From positions 1-24,007 of the forward strand of contig JANPJS010000217.1 in NCBI GenBank assembly GCA_031425655.1: 24,007 nt of DNA. The letters run 5' to 3'. The notes beneath the pieces were generated by a model. The model saw only the letters and a list, made by a program, of their open reading frames with translations, had not been told where the DNA came from and searched no databases. The translations under genes were made by a program, and so were the position numbers. The stretch is from Abditibacteriaceae bacterium. Its GTDB lineage: Bacteria; Armatimonadota; Abditibacteriia; Abditibacteriales; Abditibacteriaceae. Positions 6,578-16,500 of this stretch are shown one piece after another. The first letter of the stretch is position 1. Each line of letters starts with the position of its first letter.

Positions 6578-8071
6578 CTATTTCCCTACAATTTCCCGCC
6601 ATACGTTGATGCCGCTGAGCGCACAGGCGACGGTGCCCTGCCCCGGAAACGTCCAATCGCCGGCGATCCAAAAATTGCGCAAGCCCAAACGCTGTGGCAA
6701 CGCGCGCAGGTTGGCATTAGCCAGCGTTGTCGGCACACCGCCGACGTTGCCGCGCTGGCGTTGCGTGTAACTTTGCCAGGTGCGCGGCGTGCCTACGACC
6801 ACGAATTTGCGGCCATCATCGAAGTCCGGCAGCAAGCGACGCACGCCGGTCAGCAATTTCTCGCGCCATTCGCGTTTGCGGATGCGATATTGCTGCGGCG
6901 AAAGCTCGTCCCATTCGGCCAAGCGGGTGTGCGTCGAAGCCGTGAGCGCACGCCAACCGGGCGGAGCCTGCGCTACGTCGCCGAAGGAGGAAAGTGACAC
7001 GAAAACGTCGCGCCCATCGCCGGGGCGGGCCTGGTAGTCGAGCAGCACTTGTTGATGCTGCCAGACTGCGCCGTTATCGCGCGGCAAAACGTCTTCGCGC
7101 ACGGCGGCATACAACGTAACCGCGCCCCATGCCTGCGGGCCGCGTTCCAGCATCGCACCCAGATTGCGCCCGGCGCGCGGCGGCAAATCCACCAATTCCG
7201 CGACATTGGGCAGCGGCACGTTCGCTACGACTTTAGCCGCGCGATACGTCGCATTTTCGCCGATGATTTCAAAAGCGCCGCGCCCGGCCACAACGCGCGT
7301 AACGTGTTCACCAAAGCGCACCGTTCCGCCGCGTTGCACGAACGCTTCGCACAACAATTTCGCAAGCGTGCCCATGCCGCCTTGCAAGTGATAGGCGCCG
7401 TGCCGAAACAAGTCGAGGCCGGAACAACCGTTGGTTAAAGGCGCCTCATGAGCTTCGCTTTGCGTCGTGATAATGAGTAAAAGGTTGATTAAAGCCACGA
7501 AATCCCGATCATGCGAGATTTTTAAAACGCCCAGTGCGTCGGCGACAGTAGAGCCTAAAAACGGCAGCATCGGCATTAAGCGCGGGTCGGCGAGCGCCAG
7601 ATTGCGACGCCAATCGCGCGAGGTTTGCAAAGGCAAGGACGGCAATTTTGACAAAGCGCGCCAGCCGCAATCGGCCAGAGATTCCTGTAACTTCCAGAAG
7701 AGTTCCTGACCGGCGCGATGTCCCGGCAAAGTGCGTCGCGCTTGTTTCCAGCGTGCCGTGTCGTGCCAGAAAATCACTTCGCGCTGCGGCAAAAGCACAC
7801 GCAGGCCGGGCAGCAAATGCGCGTCGTAATTATGCACGCCGAGCCGCTCGAAGACGCGACGGTGCAAGCCATTGGCTTCAAAACCAAGCGCGACGGTTGC
7901 GCCCGCAGAAAACGTGAAAGCGCCCAACGAAAAATAGCCCGCACAGCCACCGGGCTTATCGTGCGCTTCGAGCAAAAGCACACGCGCGCCGTCGTTTTGA
8001 AGCAGAGCCGCCGCCGTCAGCCCGGCAATGCCGGAGCCAATCACGCAGACATCGAAAAAATTGGTTTCCAC
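6578..8071 (-). CDS. FAD-dependent phytoene desaturase-family oxidoreductase, resembling cyanobacterial-type C-3',4' desaturase CrtD
   Basis: DVCVIGSGIAGLTAA...LLEAHDKPGGCAGYF...FTFSAGAT, HLQGGMGTL, VGTPRTWQSYTQR..G.VGG, WIAGDWTFPGQGT. GTG at 8071 is chosen because the ORF-track start at 8122 lies inside the MITE-like element. Confidence 0.8.
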   Translation of the reverse strand: METNFFDVCVIGSGIAGLTAAALLQNDGARVLLLEAHDKPGGCAGYFSLGAFTFSAGATVALGFEANGLHRRVFERLGVHNYDAHLLPGLRVLLPQREVIFWHDTARWKQARRTLPGHRAGQELFWKLQESLADCGWRALSKLPSLPLQTSRDWRRNLALADPRLMPMLPFLGSTVADALGVLKISHDRDFVALINLLLIITTQSEAHEAPLTNGCSGLDLFRHGAYHLQGGMGTLAKLLCEAFVQRGGTVRFGEHVTRVVAGRGAFEIIGENATYRAAKVVANVPLPNVAELVDLPPRAGRNLGAMLERGPQAWGAVTLYAAVREDVLPRDNGAVWQHQQVLLDYQARPGDGRDVFVSLSSFGDVAQAPPGWRALTASTHTRLAEWDELSPQQYRIRKREWREKLLTGVRRLLPDFDDGRKFVVVGTPRTWQSYTQRQRGNVGGVPTTLANANLRALPQRLGLRNFWIAGDWTFPGQGTVACALSGINVWREIVGK

Positions 8072-8108
8072 AGTGAGTTTTGTTAAGCAACACCCGTTCC
8101 ACGACGGC

Positions 8109-8328
8109 CATGGCAAACGCATTAGAAAATTGGGAGGCCAAAGAGGGTGTCATTCCGAGCGGGCGCCCTCTGGGCAGGATTTGCGAGTAGAACGAGCTAA
8201 CGCAGTCGAGGAATCTTAATTTTCGGTGCTACGGCAAGATTCCTCGACTCCAAAACTCGCTGAGGCTCGTTTTTTCGCTCGGAATGACACTCTCTTTGGC
8301 TCTTCAAAATCCTAATGCGTTTGCCCTG
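8109..8328. mobile_element. 220-bp MITE-like element with terminal inverted repeats and an 11-bp flanking direct repeat
   Basis: Ends CATGGCAAACGCATTAG (8109-8125) and CTAATGCGTTTGCCCTG (8312-8328) match at 16/17. Flanked by TCCACGACGGC at 8098-8108 and 8329-8339. Internal stems 8137-8161/8276-8300 (24/25) and 8204-8217/8236-8249 (14/14). Confidence 0.75.
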
Positions 8329-8400
8329 TCCACGACGGCGGAATTGTAGTTTCAAAAATTGGGCGCGGGGTATACTTTCGTATAATTCCGGAGGATTATC

Positions 8401-9093
8401 GTGTTGAAATCGCACCGTTCGTTGGACAAAGGCTTCACTCTGATCGAACTCTTGGTCGTGATAGCGATAATCTCTTTACTCGCCGCGCTCGTGTTTCCGG
8501 CTTTTTCAAGGGCGAGAGAAAACACGCGCAAAACCAGTTGCTTGAATAACCAGAAACAGCTTGCCACGGGCTTTTTGCAATATACGCAGGACTACGACGG
8601 GATATTGCCCAGCAGCACTGACGGCAACCCCGGCGATGGCCAGTTGGGCGGGTGGATTTTCTATCAGCCGTTTGGAGGCGCACCGGGATCGTTCGATGTC
8701 AGCCGGGGCAGCCTTTACCCTTACTTGAAAAACAAGCAAGTCTATATTTGTCCCTCGGATTCGGCGGGGCAAAGAAGCGGTTTGTCCTACGCCGTCAACG
8801 GCTGCCTGGAAAGCAGTCCAACCGCAGCGCCTCCGCTGAACGGCATCCGCACCGGCAGAAACGTAGCCGATTTCAGCAACACTTCGATGTGGATGCTACT
8901 GGGCGAAGAAAGTGCAAGCACCGGAAGCACAGACGATGGCTACCTGTGGATCAACAACGACTGGACGGCGCGCCATCTTCAGGGCAATACCCTTTCCTTT
9001 TTGGATGGACACGTTAAATATATTCGCGTTGAAAACGGCAAGCTGACGCCGACCAACTTTCAATACGCCGGCGGCACGTCCTGCCCGCCTTAA
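8401..9093 (+). CDS. DUF1559 / prepilin-type N-terminal cleavage-methylation domain protein with H-X9-DG motif
   Basis: KGFTLIELLVVIAIISLLAALVFPAFSRARENTRKTSCLNNQKQL...QYTQDYD, YICPSD, C-terminal HLQGNTLSFLDGHVK. GGAGGA at 8390-8395. Confidence 0.92.
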   Translation: MLKSHRSLDKGFTLIELLVVIAIISLLAALVFPAFSRARENTRKTSCLNNQKQLATGFLQYTQDYDGILPSSTDGNPGDGQLGGWIFYQPFGGAPGSFDVSRGSLYPYLKNKQVYICPSDSAGQRSGLSYAVNGCLESSPTAAPPLNGIRTGRNVADFSNTSMWMLLGEESASTGSTDDGYLWINNDWTARHLQGNTLSFLDGHVKYIRVENGKLTPTNFQYAGGTSCPP

Positions 9094-9114
9094 GCGTCAG
9101 CGAAGCCGGAAGCG

Positions 9115-9150
9115 ACAGCCGAGGCGAATACCTCGGCTGTTATACTTTTT
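9115..9150 (+). terminator. Hairpin plus T-tract after the DUF1559 gene, overlapping an extended -10 box for ispH
   Basis: ACAGCCGAGG-CGAATA-CCTCGGCTGT followed by TATACTTTTT; TG-T-TATACT at 9138-9146. Confidence 0.6.
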
Positions 9151-9162
9151 GGCGGTGCATTT

Positions 9163-10125
9163 ATGTCTTTAGAAAAAGTTTTATTGGTAGCCCCACGCGG
9201 TTTTTGCGCCGGCGTGGTGCGCGCTGTGGATATTGTCGAGGAAGCCCTTCAAGTCACGCGCCCGATTTACGTTCGCAAGGAAATCGTTCACAACAAGTTC
9301 GTGGTGGACAACCTGCGCGACAAGGGCGCGGTTTTCGTCAGCGAACTCGAAGAAGTGCCGGACGGAACCGCAGGCAATCCGGTGATTTGCGTGTTTTCGG
9401 CGCACGGCGTTTCCCCGGCGGTGCGCGCCAGGGCGAAGGAAAAACACCTCTTCGTCATTGACGCGACCTGCCCTTTAGTCACCAAAGTGCATTTGCAGGC
9501 CATTAAATACGCGAAATTGGGCTATCAAATCATTCTCATCGGCCATCACGGCCACGAAGAAGTCGAGGGCACGATGGGCGAAGTGCCGCACGCTGTTCAC
9601 TTGGTCGCCGATTTAGGCGAAGTCGAAGAATTGCAATTCGCGCCCGACGAAAAATTGGTTTTTCTGACACAAACCACGCTCAGCGTGGACGACACGCGCG
9701 ACATCGCCGAAGCCTTGAAAGCCAAGTTCCCGCAGCTCGAAACGCCGCCCGTCGAAAGCATATGCTACGCCACGACCAATCGGCAGGCTGCCGTCAAAGA
9801 ATTGGCGCCCTTGTGCGATTTGATTCTCGTTATCGGCGCGCAGAATTCCAGCAACTCGCAGCGACTTCGTGAAGTCGCCGAATCGTGCGGCACTCGCGCT
9901 TTCCTCATTGACGACGAGCGTTCGATTCACGACGAATGGTTTGATGGCGTTAAAACTGTCGGCATCAGCGCCGGGGCCAGCGCGCCCGAAGTTTTGGTCG
10001 AGCGCGTAGTCAGCGATTTAAAACGGCGCGGCGCGTGGCAAGTCGAAACGCTGCCCGTCGTGCCCGAAGACGTGTTCTTCCCGTTGCCCAACACGCTGCA
10101 AAAGCTGCCGCTTGTCGCGGTGTAA
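9163..10125 (+). CDS. ispH: 4-hydroxy-3-methylbut-2-enyl diphosphate reductase
   Basis: PRGFCAGVVRA, EIVHN, FSAHGV, IDATCPLVTKVH, GHHGHEEVEG, TQTTLSVDD, ICYATTNRQ, NSSNSQRL, GISAGASAPE; all three Fe-S Cys motifs present. Confidence 0.98.
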   Translation: MSLEKVLLVAPRGFCAGVVRAVDIVEEALQVTRPIYVRKEIVHNKFVVDNLRDKGAVFVSELEEVPDGTAGNPVICVFSAHGVSPAVRARAKEKHLFVIDATCPLVTKVHLQAIKYAKLGYQIILIGHHGHEEVEGTMGEVPHAVHLVADLGEVEELQFAPDEKLVFLTQTTLSVDDTRDIAEALKAKFPQLETPPVESICYATTNRQAAVKELAPLCDLILVIGAQNSSNSQRLREVAESCGTRAFLIDDERSIHDEWFDGVKTVGISAGASAPEVLVERVVSDLKRRGAWQVETLPVVPEDVFFPLPNTLQKLPLVAV

Positions 10126-10130
10126 AACCG

Positions 10131-10170
10131 CAAAACGCCCGGCTCAAACAAGCCGGGCGTTTTGATTTAT
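10131..10170 (+). terminator. Rho-independent terminator of ispH
   Basis: CAAAACGCCCGGCT-caaaca-AGCCGGGCGTTTTG, a perfect 14-bp stem with T-rich tail, starting 6 nt after the stop. Confidence 0.85.
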
Positions 10171-10259
10171 TTCAATGCCTTTGAAACCTAATCGTCACGG
10201 ATGAGCTTTAAGAAGTTACCCTCCGTTAATATGCCGTTAACCGGGCGGCGGTAAGATTT

Positions 10260-10380
10260 GGGGAAATGGTTCCAAAGCGGAGCCAAACTTCATTTTCCCC
10301 CAGCGCCCCTACCGCCCCTCGGAGTGATTCCGAACACGCCGCCGCTTCCGGTTCTCCCCCGGACGGCGGCGTTGTCATTT
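10260..10380 (+). ncRNA. Candidate structured intergenic RNA or 5' leader
   Basis: TAAGAT -10-like box at 10252-10257. Three successive hairpins, the last ACGCCGCCG-ct-TCCGG(ttctccc)CCGGA-CGGCGGCGT at 10336-10372 followed by TGTCATTT. Confidence 0.3.
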
Positions 10381-10502
10381 GCAAAGGCCTCATCCGACGA
10401 TGAGGCGCGCATCAATGATAACGCGGCGATTTTTCACAGGGAAAAGGCTTTTTGGCAATATCCTTGTCTCTGGCAGAACATCGCTTATTTTGGTGTCCAA
10501 TC

Positions 10503-12686
10503 ATGAGACGTTTTTCTACCTTTTCACAAAATTCCACACGCTGCGCCGGTCATCGGCTGTTGTGCATGGCGGCACTTTTGCTTTTTGCAAACGGGCCTGC
10601 GCACGCCACTGATTACGTGTGGACGGGTGCAGCTTCTACGGATTGGAACCGGGCCGACAACTGGCTGCCCAGAGGTGTGCCGGGCGCCGGCGACGGAGCT
10701 ACGGTCGGCGCACAGCGTGCGGTCAACGCCAGTCAAGCTATAACAATTGCGCGCCTGACACTGGCGCCCGCCAGCCAATTGCAGGGCGGCGGCATCATCA
10801 CCGTCACCGATGCGGCGTTGCTCACCGATGTGAAGCTCAGCGGCAGCGGCGCGCTCAAAGTTGCATCCGGCGCCGTCATGAATCTCAATTCGGTCGGCAC
10901 TAATAACGGTTTAATCAGCGGGCTGCTGGGTATTCTCACCAATACGGTTTTAAATTTGTTGATGGACAAGCCGATTATCAATGCGGGCACCATCAACTGG
11001 AACAGCGGCAACTTGAAAATCGGCGCCAACTGGCAAAACAACGCCGGCTCGGTTCTCGACATTCGCACGAATAACGTGCTGGCGCAAAACACCTTATTAG
11101 GCGTGACATTCACTAATAACGGCACGCTGCTCAAATCAAGCGGCGGCACCACGACGCTTACACCTGCGCTGCAAAATAGCGGCACCATTCAGTTTTTGGC
11201 GGGCACTTTGGACGCACAGGGCGGCTTCACGCAAAGCGCCGGACTTACGCAATTCAACGGCGGCACACTGAAAGCGCAAACGATGCTGGTGCGCGGCGGC
11301 AAAGTCGGCGGCAGCGGCACTTTAATCGGCAATTTGCAAAACGACGGCGGCGCGGTCGCACCGGGATTTTCGCCCGGCACCATTACCATCAACGGCAATT
11401 ATACGCAAAGCGCGTCGGGCGTCCTCGACATGGAAATCGGCGGTTTAGCGGCGGGCACGCAATACGACCAGATGGTCGTCAACGGCAGCGCGACTTTAGG
11501 CGGCACGCTTAACATCGTGCAATACAACGGTTTCACGCCGGGCGCCGGCACCAGTTTTCAACTGATTAAATATTATTCGTGCTCCGGCGCGTTTGCGGCG
11601 ACCAATAACGTGTTTGCAACTTCCGGCGTTTACTTCGCCACCACAAAAACGCCCAGTTATTTAGTCGCGCAAACCTACGCGGATACCACCATACCCGGCG
11701 CCGCCGTCAGCGCCCCGTTAGCGAATGCGGCCAAGTCGTCTTTTGCCAGCGCGACCGGCACAGCCAGCGATGCGGGCAGCGGATTGAACAAAGTCACAGT
11801 CCGGCTTTATCGCTATGCCGCCGGCTCGACAGCCGCCGGTTATTGGAACGGCACGGCATGGGACGGCGCTTACGACACCAAACACGAGCGCCCGGCAACC
11901 GGAACCGCAAGTTGGAGCTTAACTTTGCCGACGCTGGCTCAAGGGCAATACAGTGTGCGCGCCACAGCCACGGACAAGGCCAAAAACAACGGCGTTACCT
12001 CCGACGTGAACTTCTGGGTAGATTCCACCGTGCCCGCCAGCGTGAGTTTCGTCGCGCCGGTTTCCAATTCCACAGTCGGCGATCTCAATACGGTTACCAT
12101 CGCGGCCAGCGACGGCAGCATTGGCAGCGGCATCGCCGGTGCGACTTTACAAATCAAAAACAGCAGCAGAAATTATTGGACTGGCTCAACGTGGTCATCT
12201 AAAGCCACCAATTTGACTGCGAGTTTGAACGGCGCCAATTGGACGCGCTCGAACAGCAGCGCCACGCCGATGCCGAGCGGTTCGCTTTTGCCCTTCGGCA
12301 CTTATCAACTTATCGCCACCGCTACCGACCGCGCCGGGTTAGCGAAAACCGTCACGATCAGCGTGACAGTCGCCGCAGGAACCATGACCGCATCGCGCCT
12401 TGCCTTCGCCGCGTCCGGCGTGGAGCTTTCGTTGGCCGAAGCGAGAGCGAATCAAGCGCACCTTTATTTCACGGCGCCGCTACGCGCGACCACGGCGCAG
12501 AGTTTCAGCGTGACGGTGGACGGCGCGCCGGTTTTCGTAACGAGTGTTAGCACCAACGGCACCAGCCTCACGCTGCATTTGTCGCGCGCACTCTTGTCCG
12601 GCGAACGCCTCACTCTGATCTGGCGCGGCTTGCTGGACGAAGCCGGCCACCTGCACTCCGGCCAAACCGGACTTGTCGCCCAGTAG
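10503..12686 (+). CDS. Secreted Gly/Thr/Asn-rich protein: beta-helix passenger-like N-terminal region plus Ig-like repeats
   Basis: Signal peptide ending AHA-TDY; WTGAASTDW...NW motif; VAPGFSPGTITINGNYTQ...LDMEIGG...QYDQ passenger-like segment; two repeats of ASD..SG...YW.G..W...Y...ATATD.A. Start could also be ATG 10566. Confidence 0.8.
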   Translation: MRRFSTFSQNSTRCAGHRLLCMAALLLFANGPAHATDYVWTGAASTDWNRADNWLPRGVPGAGDGATVGAQRAVNASQAITIARLTLAPASQLQGGGIITVTDAALLTDVKLSGSGALKVASGAVMNLNSVGTNNGLISGLLGILTNTVLNLLMDKPIINAGTINWNSGNLKIGANWQNNAGSVLDIRTNNVLAQNTLLGVTFTNNGTLLKSSGGTTTLTPALQNSGTIQFLAGTLDAQGGFTQSAGLTQFNGGTLKAQTMLVRGGKVGGSGTLIGNLQNDGGAVAPGFSPGTITINGNYTQSASGVLDMEIGGLAAGTQYDQMVVNGSATLGGTLNIVQYNGFTPGAGTSFQLIKYYSCSGAFAATNNVFATSGVYFATTKTPSYLVAQTYADTTIPGAAVSAPLANAAKSSFASATGTASDAGSGLNKVTVRLYRYAAGSTAAGYWNGTAWDGAYDTKHERPATGTASWSLTLPTLAQGQYSVRATATDKAKNNGVTSDVNFWVDSTVPASVSFVAPVSNSTVGDLNTVTIAASDGSIGSGIAGATLQIKNSSRNYWTGSTWSSKATNLTASLNGANWTRSNSSATPMPSGSLLPFGTYQLIATATDRAGLAKTVTISVTVAAGTMTASRLAFAASGVELSLAEARANQAHLYFTAPLRATTAQSFSVTVDGAPVFVTSVSTNGTSLTLHLSRALLSGERLTLIWRGLLDEAGHLHSGQTGLVAQ

Positions 12687-12711
12687 CTCCGGGCGCGAAA
12701 CTGATGTCATC

Positions 12712-13599
12712 TTGAAACCACGCAGCTTTCTCCTTCTCACAGCTTTGGCGCTGGGCGGTTGCGGCGGAGGCGGCGGGCCGGTCACACCGCCGGCCAATCT
12801 GGGGCGCGTGGTGTTTCAATCGAACCCCGGCGGAAACTTCGACATCGTGGCCATGAACGGCAACGGCACCGGACGGCTTTTATTAACGCGCGATGCGGCC
12901 AACGACACCGAACCGTCATATCGCTTCGATGGCCGGCGCATCACTTTTGTCTCCGACCGCGACGGCAATTCGGAAATCTACGCCATAAACGACGATGGCA
13001 GCGCGCCGTTACGCCTGACGACCAACAATTACGAAGACGATCAGCCGGTTTTCAGCCCCGACGGCTCCAAAATCGCCTTTCGCGCCCGTCCCGACGGTAT
13101 TAACAGCGATCTATTTCTGGTGAACGCTACCGGCGGCCCGGCGCAGCCATTGACTACGCATCCCGCCTTCGATTTCGACCCGGCCTTTTTGCCCGATGGC
13201 CGTCTGCTCTTCGTTTCCGACCGCAACGGCGCGTTAGGTGGCGGTAATTTTCAAATCTATCGCCGCGAAACCAACGGGAATGCCACGCGCCTGACCAACG
13301 ACGCTTCCAACCAATTCGCGCCCGCTGCCAGTTCGGATGGAACGCGCATCGCTTTTGTTTCCGACCGCGACGGGCAAAACGAAATCTATATGATGAGCGC
13401 CAGCGGCGGCGCGCCAACGCGGCTGACAACGAACGCCGCCAGCGATCTCGACCCGGTTTTCACACGCGACAACCGCGCCCTGATTTTTGCCTCCGACAGA
13501 GGCGGCAACTTCGACTTGTATCGCCTCGACTTGCAAACTCAGGACATAACGCCCCTGACTTCGGCCCCGACGCTCGACCGAAATCCCGACGCACGATGA
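12712..13599 (+). CDS. TolB-like beta-propeller lipoprotein (PD40 repeats)
   Basis: TTG start gives MKPRSFLLLTALALGGC (lipobox LGGC). About six repeats of P.FSPDG..I.FVSDRDG..EIY. Confidence 0.88.
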   Translation: MKPRSFLLLTALALGGCGGGGGPVTPPANLGRVVFQSNPGGNFDIVAMNGNGTGRLLLTRDAANDTEPSYRFDGRRITFVSDRDGNSEIYAINDDGSAPLRLTTNNYEDDQPVFSPDGSKIAFRARPDGINSDLFLVNATGGPAQPLTTHPAFDFDPAFLPDGRLLFVSDRNGALGGGNFQIYRRETNGNATRLTNDASNQFAPAASSDGTRIAFVSDRDGQNEIYMMSASGGAPTRLTTNAASDLDPVFTRDNRALIFASDRGGNFDLYRLDLQTQDITPLTSAPTLDRNPDAR

Positions 13600-16500
13600 A
13601 ACATTTTGCGGCGCGCCTTTTTTGCGGATTGTTCTTTTTCTGCGCCGTCGCGCACGCTGCGCCAACACCGCCATCGGCAACGGTTCGCACCGTGCGCGGC
13701 ACGGCATGGCGTTTTCCATCGGGGAAAAAGATTCCCAATCCGCCGGCATTGAAGACGCGCGAATCGCTTTTCAGCGGCGACGTAATCGGCACCGGCGCCG
13801 ATGGCCGCGCTGCGCTTTTGTTTAGCGACGGCGCGCAACTGCGCCTCGATCATAACGCGGCGGTTGAAATCACGCGGCCCGAAACCGTAAAAGGGCGCAC
13901 CAGTTTGTTTCGCGCTTTGGGCGGCGAAATCTGGGCGCGCCTGCGACCCGGCAACGCCATTCGCACGCGCACCGTCGCGCTGGGCGTGCGCGGCACCGAA
14001 ATTTTGCTGCGTGTCGCGCCCGACGACGGCACCACGACCCTCACGGTTATCGAAGGCGAAGTTGATTTTTTCAACGAGTTTGGCCGCGTCGTCGTCGGCC
14101 CGGCCCAACAGAGCATCGCGCGGCCCGGCCAAGCGCCGACGGCACCCGTCACGATTGAAAATCCCGCTTTTATTGTCGAATGGACGCTCGATTTATCGCG
14201 CGCCGCACTGCCCCGCGAAAAGCAATTCGGCAATCTGGCAACCGCTACTAAAGGCGACTCATTTTTCGCATCGCGTCGTTTTGCCGAGGCTTTGGCCGAG
14301 TTCGACGCCGCCAATAAAATCGCGCCGAACCCTGAACTGCAAACGCGGCGCGGTTGGGCGTTGCTGGAATTGGATCGCTTGGACGAGGCCGTGGCCGCTT
14401 TCGAGGCTGGCGGCGATTCCGAAACGGCTTTCGCGGGCCGCGCGTGGCTCGAACTTTCGCGCGAAAAACCGAACACGGCGGAAACTTTCGCGCGCCGCGC
14501 TTGGGCCGCCGCGCAGAGCGCTCAAGAGATTTACGAAGCGAACACCGCGCTCGGCGTGGCCCAGTTGCGACAGGGCAAAACGGCAGAGGCGACCGAAACT
14601 TTAAACGCGGCGCTGCAAGCTGCGCGCGATTTGCCGAAAGGCGATTATCAGGCCCGCGCCTGGCTGTCGCTGGCGCTTTTGGCGCGCAACGACCGCGCCG
14701 GCGCGTTGCGTGAAGCTGAAATTGCCGCGCAAGCCGCGCCCACTTCACCGACGGCGCAAAGCCATCTGGCAACGGTGCAATTGTTCACTGGCAACGCGCG
14801 CGAAGCTGAAATCTCGGCGCGACGCGCGGCACTTTTAACGCCGGATGCGCCCGCCGCGCAACTGGTTTTAGCCCAGTCGCTTTTGGCGCGCGGCGATGCC
14901 GATGGTGCCGCACAAGCTGCGGCGCGGGCTGTGGCTTTAGATGACCAATCGGCGCCGGCTTTTTATCTTTTGGGCATAGCCGACGCCGCGCGCCGCGACT
15001 GGCCACACGCCGAACGCAATTTGCAAAACGCCCTGCGTTTATCGCCGGCGTTTTTGCCTGCCGCCAGCGCTCTGGCCCGCGTTTACAACGCCATTGGCCG
15101 TCCGCAGCGCGCCGTCGCTCTGCTGGAAAACATCCCGCAAGGCGAAGCACCGCAAGGCGAAATTCAGGGCGCTTTAGGCGAGGTGCTTTACGAACAGGGA
15201 AATTATGCGCCGGCCATCGCGCGTTTTGGCGTGGCGTTGCAAGCGCAACCGAGCAGCGCGCTGTGGCACGACGGATTAGCACGCGCTCTGCTCTACAATA
15301 ACCAACTGCGCGCCGCGATTGACGCCGCTCAAACCGCCGTGCGATTGGCGCCGCGTGTCGGCGCTTATCACGCCACGTTGGGCTTGGCCTACGATTTCAG
15401 CCGCTTCGGTTCACAGGCAGAACGCGAATATCGTCTGGCGTTGCTGGACGATCCGCAAAACGCACTCGCCCTGACACGCTTGGCGCAAAAACAGGCCGGA
15501 ACCGATTTGCGTCCCGTCGCCAGCAGTTTCGCGCAGGCCTTTTTGAACGATCCCGGCATCGAACGGCGCTTATTGCGCGGCGGCGTGCGCGCCGAATTGG
15601 ACGCTTTAGCCGGCACCTCGCAGGAAGCGCATTTCACGCATCGCGCGGCCAGCGACGAAGGGCGTTTTCATGCTTACGGTTTTGCCGACGCGATAAATGA
15701 TGATCTGAATCGCGCGCACAGCAACAGGCGACTATTGGGCGGCGGCGAATTCCTGACTTACACCAGCGGCCCGCGCGCCAATTACTACGCGGCCTTAAAC
15801 ACGCGGCGCAGCACACGCGATTTGCCCGGCGCGCAGCTTTCGCCGGACAGCGACGACCGCGCGCGATTTGGCTATGGCGAAGCGCAATTCGCCGCGCGGC
15901 GGCGTTATGGGCGCAATTTTCTGTGGGCCGGCGTGCGCGGCAACACTTCGCGCAACGTGACCGACGACCCCGACTTGGACTCTTTTACCGATGGAATCAG
16001 CGGCCTGCCCGTGGCCCGGCAGCGGTTCGATTCACGCGCTTTTGCGCCCGAAGTGCGCTTCGATGTAACAACCAGCGACAAATCACAATTGTCGCTGGGA
16101 TTGGCGCAAACGCACACGACCTTCGAGCGCCGCCGCGACTTAATCGTGCCGGTCGGCAGCAGCGTAGCAACCGGCAGTTTCAACGAGAGCAACCGCGCTT
16201 TGCTTGGCTACGCGCACTGGGCCGGCAAGGTAAACGCAAAGTTTTCACTCGTCGCGCAATTGCGTTGGCAGCGCGAATCGCGCGACCGCACGCTGCAAAC
16301 TTTGGTGCCTGGCCAAGCGCCGATTATCGGGGCCGACGCGCGCACGCGCACTTTGCTTTTGCCCGGCCTGCTGGCGACTTATCAAATGACAGCGCGCACG
16401 GCGCTGCGCCTCAGCCACAATCAGCGCCCGGCAAACGTGACGGAACCAACGTTTTTGCCGCTCGAAACCTTGCTCACCACGCAAAGCGCCGCGCTGCCTT

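Noticed and set aside
8028..8415. Short ORFs over the MITE-like element as a possible transposase
   Set aside because: 63-72 aa, no DDE or HUH motifs; they are translations of palindromic DNA.
10258..10506. 82-aa Pro-rich ORF, or a known riboswitch
   Set aside because: TTG start without SD, overlapping the hairpin region; no riboswitch consensus that I can recognise.
10503..12686. Classical autotransporter
   Set aside because: No C-terminal beta-barrel or terminal aromatic residue (ends GLVAQ).
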